Assembly (NCBI GenBank): GCA_015680685.1
Contig: MNCI01002568.1
Coordinates: 580,258 to 644,257, forward strand
DNA length: 64,000 bases
Origin: Gnetum montanum
Lineage: Eukaryota; Plantae; Gnetophyta
Direction: 5' to 3'
The position numbers were made by a program, and so were the translations under genes. Of the stretch, positions 26,263 to 37,628 are shown one piece after another. Numbering within the stretch: the stretch's first letter is position 1; each line of letters starts with the position of its first letter. A model generated the notes under the pieces. It was not told the DNA's origin, did not search any database, and saw only the letters and a list, made by a program, of their open reading frames with translations.

Positions 26263-29200
26263 ATGGCTTCTAAGAGGGAACGTACTCATCTCGTGCTTGC
26301 AAAAGTTAAGCAAGCGAAGAAGACCCTGGGACGCGCAACATAAGTAGGTGTTGCGGTGCAGAAGAGCACACCATTGACCCAATAGGTTACCACACTTCCT
26401 CTGCTTTTTTGTTTTGTGTTTTCTGTTATTCTCTGCTTTGCATCCATTCTTGGCTACCTGTGTCTTCTGTTGTCACGTCATTTTTGCCCTTGCATTGCTG
26501 TTGTTGTTGTTTCGGTTGTGGCAAATACATGAATATTATGTTATGGTTTCATGCAAGGTCACTTAAGCTGCCACCGCCACAGTTGTCATAATCGCAGGAG
26601 CTTGGGCAGTTTAAATTTCTTGACCTTCGAATGGTGTAACGTAGAACCCTTAGGAGGGCTAGGCCATGTGTGATGTGATAGTGTGACACATGTTTTACTA
26701 GGTCATGTTGTTAATTGTTCTATTGCTATGCTAGGCTATTTGCATGTTCTTGCTACACTAGGCTTTCATCCCCTTGCTATGCTATGTGCGGGGAGAGGGT
26801 TATGCTACGTTATGTGCATGAACTGTGGGGCGTTGCTACATTGCGCGTGTATTGCCCTTATATATGATGCTAACATTTGTAAATTGTGTTGTGCAGAGTG
26901 GGGCTAAGGCCCAAGCTGATTATTTTGGAAATTAGAGGGGTCCTATGTCACGTAAGTAGACCTGTGGCTAATGCTCCTCCTCCCCAGATACGTATGGGGG
27001 AGTGAGGGGTTTGGTTTAGGAAAGGGGCACAGGACTTCCTGCAATTCCTCCTTGACCACTTCAGCATGATCGTTTGATCCTCCTTGGAGGAGGAGGAGGT
27101 GGCCGACATAATAGAAGCCATTTTTCCTGGGGCAAGCCAAGGCATTTTGAGGTTTATGACCAATGGGACAATCGCGAGTGTGTGGGGAGAAGGATCCAGT
27201 TAGCACCCAACAAGGTTAAGGTGCTTGGCTTAGATCTGGGAGATGACTGAGTATAACTATTACCACCACTTCAACACATTGTTCCTTGCACATTTTATGA
27301 TGAAGTGCTTCCAGAACCCTCAAGGAACTATCTACTTTGCTGGCGGGTGAGCTTTGCAACCTTGTTCTACTAGGTTTGTGCGACGTTGGCCATAATGGCC
27401 TAATGCTAAAAATATGCATTTGCTACTAGGTTCTTCCTCAACGATGATGGTGTTCATGACCTACCAGGTCTACTGGCCATAGCACAACTAGCCCTATAGG
27501 AGTTCTCTTCTGCTGAGAACTTGCAGGCAGGCATGATCGGTCAATGCAGAGGTGAATACCACACCTACCCAAACATATATTTTACACTACAATCAGTGCA
27601 AGGGGTAGGGCTAGCTAGATGGGGAGTGGGTGGAACCCTTCAAACCGATCATGATTGAATAGGTTCTGGTTGAACTCCCATAGCTCCATTTCCATACTGA
27701 CCTAGTAGGTCAAGCAGTAAGTGCCACATGTTTAAGCATTTTTCCAATTTTTGAATTTCCTATGTTTTTGCACTAAACATTTTTTGAACCTATTGCAGGG
27801 GCGAAGAAGCCTTGGGAGGTGACAATGGTAATCGCCGAGGCATAGGGGAAAAATGTCTACTTCAAGTATGGGAAGGTAGAGATGAGCTAGCATTGGCTAA
27901 ACAGTGGGGCCTTGGACTCCCTAGTCCAGAGCATTGAAAAGGCAGGGCTTATGGATCTATTCCTGGCCCTGAATCCAAATGTTCCTATAGTTGAGATGCT
28001 CACCCTAGTTGAATCCTTTTTCAAAAAAGTGAGCCGCTTTCGCCTATGCATGCATGGTGTGTGGGTGGTCATTGACATCAATGACTAGCTATTTGTGGAT
28101 CTGTTTGGCATCCTTATCGAAGGCATTTTGATAGGGTCAAAATCCAAGATGGAGTTGACCCTTCAGAAGAAAGACCTTTAGAAGTGGTTAGGGCTCACCA
28201 AGGAGCGCAATGGGCTCCCTATGAAGAAACTAAAGGAGGAACCTAGCAAGGAGTTCTACCCTATTTTTTGTGCTCGTGTATTTCCCCAGCTGCTTACCTA
28301 GGAAAAGGTCTTGGGGCTTGAGCAGGACTAGATAATGCATGAGATTATGGAGGAGGGGACCTGTTACAATTGGGCCGAGTCTCTGTGTAAAGGCTTGCGG
28401 ACTGAGATCTTGGGGCACTGTACAAAAATGGAGTCCCACTTCAACATCCACTACACCTTTTATATAGGCTACCGTAAGTTCTTTGCGGAGTTCCTGGTGG
28501 TTTAGGAGAAAGGAGTTTGGGTCATGCGAAATCGCGACTAGATTTCCAAACCATGGATCCACCAGGTCTTTCGTATCATCTGAGCCCAAGATCCCCAGAA
28601 ATAATTGGGCAGTCACTTTCTGTAATGACTAAGGATCGAGTGGCCCGCAACGTTCACAACTAGGATAACATAGGAGAGATGCCCCCCTCCATGGATGGTA
28701 GCATATCACGGGATCAACATTTCATAGCTGAAATGGCACCCAGCAAGTTGGGGCAGAAGAGGCCTCCTCTAGATAAGGAAACCCTTTGCGTGGAGGAGGA
28801 GGAGGGGTGAAGACTATGGATTAAACTATAGAGAATGCAATCTCTTATTGGTAAGTGCTTTCGTTCGATGCTTGCTCTGTTGTTGTCTTCTACGCTATGC
28901 TAGACTAGGTGGCGTAGCATCTGCCTTAGGGTAAATTTCTTTGAGCTAATGCAAATGCATTTTTTAACCACCAGAAGAAAAAGAAGAAGGCAATGAAGAG
29001 CTATTGGCTCCTAAGGTAGGGATAATGAATAAAGACACAGAGGCCCCAGTCTCCAAGAGAAGGGCTCTAATCGAAAGGCAGATAGCTCCTGCAGCTAGGG
29101 CAAGGGCTCTCTTCATTAGGGAGAATCCTCCTACTGAGGACTCTCCCTTGAATAAACAATACGCTAGTCTCCTCAAAGGAAAAAAACTAGTGCATGAAAA

Positions 29201-30400
29201 GGAGGTTCATAGGAACTTGGTAGGAACCTCTAGTCAGGCCACCATCATCGTCTTGCATCAGCAAGAAGAGAGAGCGTAATCGGATGTTGGTGAGTTTGGC
29301 GATATGTCTGCCTTATCACAATCCATTTTGATCATTGCTAATGTGGTGTGGTTATGCGACAGGTGCTACTGCTGATGTTCTAGGACCCCTTCGGTTCACA
29401 TAGGATCTTGGGCTAAAATCCCCAACAAATTTGTATTTATGCAGGGGATTGTTGATGACATGATTAGTCACCTTTAGTAGGTGGACCTTGAAGCGGGTAA
29501 GTAGTAATGTTGTTTTCTCTCGCATTATCATGCTAAAATTTCCTACATTTGCTACTTATGCTACACTGATGTGACTAGTGTGTTCTTTGTGATATGGCAG
29601 CCTCTCAACTCAAATGGGACCCGAAATGATCTTTGAAAGTCGATGCTGTGTCAACATTCCCATCAAAAGCGACCGAGGTGTCTCGTCATGCATACGACGA
29701 GTTATGCAAATGCACTTTGCACTCGGCGTGCTCCTTGTTGGAGTGCAAGCATACCAACGAGGAGTTGTGGAAATAGGCCCAGAAGGTAGAGCAAAGAGAA
29801 GCTAACCTGAGGGCTAAGGTGGAGGACCTCAAGTCGAGGAACAAGTTTCTCATGGCCCAAACTACTAACAATGAGGACTGGTGCACAACTGTGGTGGAGA
29901 ACACCAGGTTTTGGATAGTTGTGTGCCAGAATGTCGAGACTACCCATGAACTGATAGAGCAGCATATGCAGATGGACCTGCTAGACTAGAAGTGTCAGGA
30001 CCTAAAAGACTTCAACACCAAGGTTTACACATGGGAGCAGACCCAAAGAAACCATAAAGATGTGTACAAACTGGAAAATTCTGCTCATCATAAATTATAC
30101 AAAGATGCTGCTATGGAGGCATTTACGTACGAAGCATTCATAAATGCCATTGACACTTCTGAGGCCTATACTAGGTTTAAAGAGTAGATCAATGTCACGA
30201 AATGTCCTAAGTAGAAGGTGGCCCTTCCCATAGGAGAGACCATGACCATCTCCTTTTCTCTAGGGCCACCAAGGTGGACACCCTTTGAAAGGGAGAGAGC
30301 TGCTACAGCAGATGCTCACCAAATAAAAGCCATTGGGTAGATATCATGGCAAAGGAGGTCTGGCATCACCTCTGGTTTAGTTTAGACCAGATACCCTTCA
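26263..30400 (+). pseudogene. Element B antisense multi-exon accessory gene: FCP1/NIF-like HAD domain, plant-transposon/PMD-like domain, coiled coil
   Basis: TATA-like cataaata ~26104; ATG 26263 (MASKRERTHL). Acceptor at 26896, introns 27717-27798, 29290-29362 and 29497-29600, donor at 28851. Long reading frames are broken mainly by deamination-type stops. The 3' end is approximate. Confidence 0.75.
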
Positions 30401-31098
30401 AGACAGACATGGACCCTTCTCAGTTTAGTCACTTTCTACCGTGTTAATGTTTATCCTTAGTTGTAATTTTCATTTGTTGCCCTAACTGACCACTTTACCC
30501 CTACGATGTAGGCCCCAGGTGATGGCACAACACCCATAGGGGGAGGGAATGAAGAGTCGGTGAGGGACAAAGTAGAGAAAGGTGATGCACAAGGCAATGA
30601 TGTAGGAACGAAAGGTGAAAACAATGTGAATAGAGACCACCCATGACCGCATGGGATTTTTTTTGAAAATTTGAAATTTTTGATTTTTTGAAATTTTTGT
30701 GTAATGAATTTTGCAAACATTGAAAGAAAATAGTTTTGAATGAAGCAAGAGGATTTTGCGCTAACTTTTGTATTGCATACATGTGTTTTGTATAGAATGT
30801 TCATGATTTCATGTGCTAGTTTTTGGGCCATTTCAGGCCATTGCTAGTTTTAGGCCATTTTGGGCCATTGTGTAATATGGCAAAGGGATGATGCATCAAA
30901 AACTTGAACAATGGCTAACTGGTAACCATTTCTAGTTTTGGGCTGTTTCAGGCCATTACACATCGCTAGTTTTAGGCCATTTCGGGCCATAGTGTAGCAT
31001 AATTTTAGGTCATCTCAAGCCATAGCATAGTTTTAGGCCGTTTTGGGCCATAGTGTAGAAACATATGAGCAATCGGTGGGCAGGAAGTAGTGAGATTG

Positions 31099-34000
31099 CT
31101 ATGCTATGTGAAGCTGCTTCCTAACCTGACATAGGTTGAGTGAGACATAAGGCTGAAGCTCTCCACTAGGGCCTTTGTCTATGTCATTGTCTCCCACTTG
31201 GAAGGGCAACTTAGTCCATGCATTTTTATTTTGGGGATTAGCTTTCTGAGCTGACCTCTCTACCAAGTAGTCAGTGTAAGTTGCAACAAGTGCTTCGTTC
31301 TTAGAAGTTATGACTTCTAAGCCTTCTTCCACACCTACATTGTGGATCACTTGCCTTGCTACTTCGTCACCATGGATCACCACTTCTTTGCCTGCGTAAG
31401 GCAAGTGGATCTCCTGGTGTATGGGCAAGGAGACAGCCCTAAGTTGTGCTAACCACAAGCTCCCCAAGATCAGGTTAAACTCGGGCATTTCCTCGACCAC
31501 GATGAACATTGCATTTGTGGAGAACTGGTCCCCTACTACAAAGTTTATGTGAACGGTGCCCTTTACCACACCCCATTGAATGACCTTAGGCATGACATCG
31601 TTTTGAGCTTGATCTACTTGACCAAGCCTAGCTTGTCTACAATGGGGAAGAGGATAACATTCGTGGCAGCCCCATCATCAATGTGTACCCTTCAGATCTG
31701 GTGTTGGCCGACCTGAATTGTGATGAAAAAGGGCACTGTAGTCACTTGACCCTTCTCAGGGTCTTCCCTAATGGCGTCATTGCGAAAGGTTAGTTCAGGT
31801 TGTTCTGACCCTGCAGGAGTGGAGGGGAGCATGACTGAGTAAATCGCTTCTTCCTCCACTAGCATTTCTTCATTCACTGGAGTCGCTATCAAGATGTGGA
31901 TCAGAGCCTCGCAGTGTGGGATAGATGTCATGATTAGGTCATACAAGCTCAATGTAGTGTTCTTTTCTAGAGCTTATTTGACCTATGTGAGGGTGTCTAA
32001 GAGGTCTTGGCTACCCCCTTGTTTGATGCTTTCCTCCTCTTCCGTTCGTCCTAGAAGATGAATTTCTCAAGGAGGGGTGACTTCAGATCTAGGTTCAGAT
32101 CCTTGTCGGTAGAGTGATGCAAGCTGCATGGTCATGTTGACCTTTGTCTTTGGTGGTGAAGGCATAGATGCAAGTAGCAAAGACATAGGCTTGGGGGTAC
32201 CTTGGATGGTATTTCCCTTCGACATCTCATCCGCAAAGTGGACTTCTTGCCTTGCGGGGCGAGAAGGCTATTCACCGAGGGTGCCGATCCCCTGATGACA
32301 AATGGAGCTAGAGGTGTTAATGGGCGAAACCGCGTGGCCCCACTGATAGGTGATGCAAAGGTGGATGCCCATGGAGGGACTTTCAGGATGAACGGTTGTT
32401 GCAAGCTTTGATTAGCCGCTCGTGGTTCTGGTGCACTACGTTGAGGCACACGGATCACGAATGGCTACTGTGGTGGCCTAGGATCACTGTCAATGCCGAT
32501 GGCGTTGATTACGTAATCAGAGTTGTTGGTGTTAAGGGGATCTATGTAGACATACATGGATTGGTTTTTAGGGTGTACTAGGTTTCTTTCGTCTAGCACT
32601 AGTTTCCCTTGGTCAATTAATTTTTGAATGTCATTCTGCAACGCCAGACAATAATTTTTGTTGTGACCACACTATTGGTGGTAGTCACAAAACCTGTCTA
32701 GCCTGAAACCCCTAGGAACTGGAGGCTCATTGGGTAGGGCCAAAGAGGGGTTTTTAAGGAGCTCATAGTAGCATTTATGTCTCATATTTGCTTCTTTCAA
32801 CATCTATTTATGTCAGATGTATCCCACTATCAGTAGTTGCTTCAGAAGTTTTGAGGGCTGAAGAGGTAGTGGGGTGTGCTTTGAGCGGTCCTTACACTCA
32901 AAGTTGGGTTTTGGCTATGCGGATGTCTCAGGTATAGGCATAGCAGGTTGCAGCATGTGGCCCTGTTTGGGCATAGGGTTAGCCGCGAGTGTGACCGATT
33001 TCTTGCTATTCTTGCCACAATTGTTGCTAGGTTTGGGCTTGGCCTTGGCTACCACAGTGGCCACTGTGGTTGTTGGGGCTTTACCCTTTTCTTGCTTTGC
33101 GAAGTTATTCTTATAAGTGATGTAGGCTAGGTTTTTTCTTACCTTGGCTGCATCTTGTATGCTCTTAGTCTAAGCGAAAGCCTAACTAAAAGAGCGAGAA
33201 GCAAGGTAGTACAATTTGAACTTGATGAAGTTGTTCACTGCACCCTTAAAGACAACCAGTAGGTGGGCCTCCGTGATGGGCTCATGGATCTCGTTAAGGG
33301 TTACACTCCAACGCTAGATGAACTTTCGGACTAGCTCTAGGGGGTCTTACTTCACACTCAGCAACTGGTCCATAGTGGTTTCTAGCTTCAAGTTGTACTT
33401 AAAGCATGTCACAAACTGGATCAACAACTCTTCTAGAGTTGAAATGGATGAGCATGGCAGTGCATGGTACAAATCGAAGGCTTTCCTAGCTAAGGACATG
33501 GTGAAGATACAAATAATTGTGTGTAGCCATTGTTGCAACAAAAAAGACTTAGACCGACCAGATGTGTGTTGGGATCCCCCTCTCCATTGTACTTCATGAA
33601 GTGTGGGAGAGACATCCCTGGGATAGTGTCAAAGAAAGGATTGCATGGCTGATGGGGTCATCCTAGTAGAAGTCCATGACTTGTACCATGTTAGACCTAG
33701 TAGCTTTAAGGCATTTTATTTTCTCAGTGAGGGTCTGGATGAGCTGGAAAGCTTGATCTAGACCCAACGACATTGTGGATGGTTCGGGAGCTGCAGAGGC
33801 CGCTCCCACCTATGGTATGGCAGGGGTGACAGTATGACCCATCAACGATATCGTTGGGATGACCCCCATGAGCAGTGCTACTTGTGTTGTCCACCACCCT
33901 ACAGGTGGTGTTGTTAGAGTAGCAATTGTAGGTTGGGCTATCGAATGGACTACTTGGATCACCAGCAGCATAGACCATAGCCTTGTGTTAGGTTGTACCA

Positions 34001-34904
34001 TCTACGAGGCTTGGTGGATTTGAGAGTGAACGTAGTGAGACATTTGCGATGGTTGCGGGGTAGGCAAAGAAGCAAATGGGGCCCACCATGTGGATGGGCT
34101 AGGGCCCACCACAATGTGTGGAATAGACATGAATGTAGGAATAGAGACAGAAGTTGTGTACAATTGTGAAGTAGGCATGGTATGAACATGTGGTAAGGTA
34201 GCCACAACTGATGTATGGTGTGCTATAGGAATGGGTTGCTGAATAGTTTGCAAAGGAATAGTAGCTGCAAATGAGACAAGTGAAATAGGTGAGAGCAAGT
34301 GTTGAAACACCACAGGATTGGTGTGGCTACCCATAGCAGTTGTAATCATGGCTTGAAAAAGCATGGACATGCTCACAAAGGGAGTGGTAATAGACAACAG
34401 CTTGGCCCAGAAGGACTAGGTAGGAGGGATAGGAGCGAGGTTGTTTGGACCTCCCTCGTCTAATTGGGAATCGAGTTCCTCCTGTCCATCTTGGGAAGCA
34501 TCATCTTGGTTGGACGTTATATCTTGTTACTTCCTAAGCCTAGCCAACTAGATTAATTGGTCTATAAGCCTTTTATACGCTTGTGTTAAAGGTAAAGAAA
34601 TGTTGGGAGTAGGAATGAATTCCTTTCCGTTGCAGTAAGCAAACTCGAAGCTACATTTGTCTTCGAGTTTGTGTACGTCCAGGGGTAGATTGGCCTATAG
34701 CTTTGCATAGAGGAAACTGTAACACTCATGTTGCTAGGCTAATCCCTCAGGTCCTTGGTTTTGGATTCTAAGGGACTGACGTGTTTCTAGCGTTGGATTC
34801 AGTGGTTGTTCGGCACCAGTAGTGCCTTCAACTATGATGGGAACTTCAATGTTGAAGGGAACTTCCATGTTGAAGGCATTAGTAGTAGTAGTTGAAAAAT
34901 CCAT
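31099..34904 (-). pseudogene. gag: Element B gag-protease
   Basis: Candidate ATG at 34904; P/T-rich N-terminus; FTMSLARKAFDLYHALPCSSISTLEELLIQFVTCFKYN; FCDYHQ near 32690; protease RVHIDDGAATNV ~31660-31690 and FNLILG; stop at 31099. Confidence 0.88.
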
Positions 34905-34994
34905 TGTAAGCTAAGTAATTTTGCAAAAGAGTGAAGAAAGAATGAAGAGATTGAAAAGCAACAAAAAGAAGACTTTACATCTTGCTGGATTCTT

Positions 34995-35540
34995 GAGGAA
35001 CCGTCGAGGTGACCGATCTACATCACACGAAGCATAAATGACAGCAAAAGGATGTCATGTTTACGCCAGTGCGCGATAGGGTACAGAGTGTGTGCAAGAC
35101 TACCGTAAGATAGGAAAATCAACTAGTGATCAAGGCTTTATGTCTCACAGGGCTTCGTAGGAACCATCGAAGCGACCGATCTGTACCACACGATACACTA
35201 AAGCACAATGAGGTACAGAGCACATGCAAGACTACCATAAGATGGGCAAGTTAACTAGTGAACAAAAAGGCTTTATGTCTCATAGGGCTTTGGAAGAACT
35301 ATCGAGGAGACTAACCTGTACCACATGATATGCTAATGCATGATGAGATATAGAGTGCATGCAAGACGACCGTAAGGCAAGCTAATTAACTAGTGATCAG
35401 AGGCCTTGTGTTCTGTAGGGCTCCTAAGGAATCGTCAAGGAAACTGATCTGCACCACACAAAGTGTAAACAACCGCAAGAGGGTGTCACATTTACACTAA
35501 TGTGTATCAGGGTGTAGAAGGCTTACAGAACTACCATGAC
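34995..35540. repeat. 3-4 tandem ~135-160 bp repeats in the element B 5' UTR
   Basis: Recurring gaaccgtcgag..ccgatct..cacacga..tgcaagactaccgtaag..aactagtga..ggctttatgtctca. Confidence 0.85.
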
Positions 35541-35586
35541 ACACTGGAAAAGGCACCAAAAGGCCCTCCTTCTAGCGCCAGAAAAC

Positions 35587-37628
35587 TATAGCGACTGAAA
35601 ATATCGGCGACTAGAAAACACCGAGGGGTCGACGAGTGTGATAGTTTCGACCCTGTACCCACGGGAGGGCCATGCTAGGTATGTGTAGATACAGGGTGTC
35701 TTGAACGGTTTGGTTGATCAGACAGGGACTTAATCAACATCTATATAGCCTTTTTCAACGTTTACTTTGAAAACAGAAATGACGAAGCAATGTAATGCTT
35801 AAATACAAAGAAGACAGAAAGCAGGGTAAAACACAATAATAAGCAAGAAACAAAGTAAGATGTAGCTAGAAAAATTCACCACTCCGGAGTTACAAGTCTA
35901 CCCTGTCAGGATGGATACGGTCGGTTGCACAGTGTTGGGTGTAACGATAGAAAACGTCGGCAGCTGGAAATACCGACCGATATCCCGGCGTACACAGTTT
36001 TAGCCACGGATCCACGCGAGGGCTATGCTAGAAAAACGAATCCGCGGTGCCCTGAACGGTCTTGTCGATCAAATAGGGACTTACGGGTCAGTAAAACAAC
36101 GTAAAGCGCGTAAAAGAAAACGATCTGATTCGAGGGGCCGTAAAACGAAGGGAAAGCGATGTGATCGAATTGCGACGACGATAATGCTAAACACGATGAA
36201 AAGAGGCTGGCAAAAAGGGAAACACGTAGCTTCAAGATCTGCGCTTTGACTTACAAATGTATATTTCATGTGAGAAATTACACTGGGGAATCCCCGATTA
36301 CAGGATGTGAAACAAGCACAAAATAACAAGCAAAACGGCCTAAACAGAAGTCCGATCTACCTTGTGGGCTAAGCTGAAATGCAAGGCGGGCCAAGCTTTG
36401 ACGTCTACCGATCAACTATTTCTGATGGATAGAGTCTTTTCAGCAGAAAGATACTTCTGTCACCAGTGCTCAACTCGAACTGTGCTCTGCTTCGGCTGTA
36501 AGGTGATGAGGTCCACGACTGCCAAAGCGCTGTTCTCTGTATCTCTGCTCCAAACTGCTAAGTGCTCTGGTGCTCAGAAATATGCTAACGCGAAATTTTT
36601 GCCAACCCTGGTATCTTTGTCAACTGAGGCATTTATAGGCCGCGACGCTTCCTGGGAAAGGCGCAACCCTGATGATGTGGGTCCCAGATATTACGGGCCC
36701 TGCTGGCATGATCTTTTAAGTCAGACTGTGACTACGCACAACACGTTTGTTTGCGTGTTGTGCATATAAGAAATAGGCACATGCTGAGCGCGCTTTAATT
36801 GTTTTCAAGCTATATCACTCATTCGCGTTGCGTTGCGTGTATGAGCGTACTGACGTAAAAACAATGAGCTCAAGATCGTTTTACGCTCACCACGCAGCTG
36901 TGCGTGGCAAAGTGTAAATGTAACATACGCTCACTACGCAGCCGTGCGTGGTGAAGCGTAAACAAAGTATAACTGATGTTCGTTACACAACTGCGCGTGA
37001 TAAAGCGTAAATAATGCATAACTTACGCTTACCACGTAGCGGCGCGTGATGGAGTGTATCGAGCGTGCAACTTGAATTATGACCCACGCACTGGTACGCA
37101 CCGCCGCGTAACAAGCGTAAAGGCCATTTATTTATGCGCCGCAAGCAACAAAAATGCCAATCTGTCGTGCCTCTCTGGATTTTGCCTTCAACTGTCTTGG
37201 AGCTTATTACGCTCATTACGCTGCCGTGCGTGATAGAGCGTAAACTTGTCCTTGAACGAATTTGAGGCACGTTCTCGCTTGAATTACGAATCTTCGCCCC
37301 CATTTTCTAGAAGCTTGCTATGCTACATAGCGAGGCGTAGTGTAGCGTAGCAGACTTCGTGACTTAGAAAACTTGCTGAACTATTTCAAGCATCCTGAGC
37401 ACTGCTGTCAACTCTGTGCACCACTTCTAAGCAGGCTATCTTCTGGGCAAACTACTTAGGTGGATAGGCAGGATGATCCGTAGAGCCTATTTACATCCAA
37501 AGTAGAAAATCTACTGAACTAGCTGGCCTGAATTCAGAGCGTTCTCCTCCCGAAGAACTACCATAGCACTGTGCAAATTACAAGGCCTGGTGTAGTGAGA
37601 ATGACTTTGAATTTTTTGGGGTGTTTCA
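35587..37628 (-). repeat. Element B 5' LTR (chimeric)
   Basis: 35587-35939 matches ~18939-19290 and ~37301-37628 matches ~20220-20546; the middle is replaced by LTR C. Confidence 0.88.
35940..37300 (-). mobile_element. Element C: truncated CpG-rich LTR of a related Tat family within the B 5' LTR
   Basis: Starts tgtaacgatagaaaacgtcggcagctggaaataccg, homologous to the LTR terminus at 57614; TATA-like gcatttatagg ~36630; many intact CpGs. Confidence 0.8.

Larger units (their letters stand above)
18939..37628 (-). mobile_element. Element B: near full-length Tat/Ogre-type LTR retrotransposon with split gag-PR and pol
   Basis: LTRs 18939-20546 and 35587-37628; TSD atggc/atgga; PBS TGGCGCTAGAAGGAGGG (35580-35564); PPT next to 20547; domains gag, PR, RT, RH, aRH, INT. 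Confidence 0.93.

Noticed and set aside
28230-28616. Minus-strand 128-aa ORF and similar ORFs at 26943-27419 and 29686-29965
   Set aside because: These are shadow frames opposite the plus-strand accessory gene.
36362-37303. ORFs of 135 and 106 aa in CpG-rich DNA as a captured gene
   Set aside because: They lie inside LTR C, which has LTR terminal homology and a TATA-like motif, and show no protein motifs.
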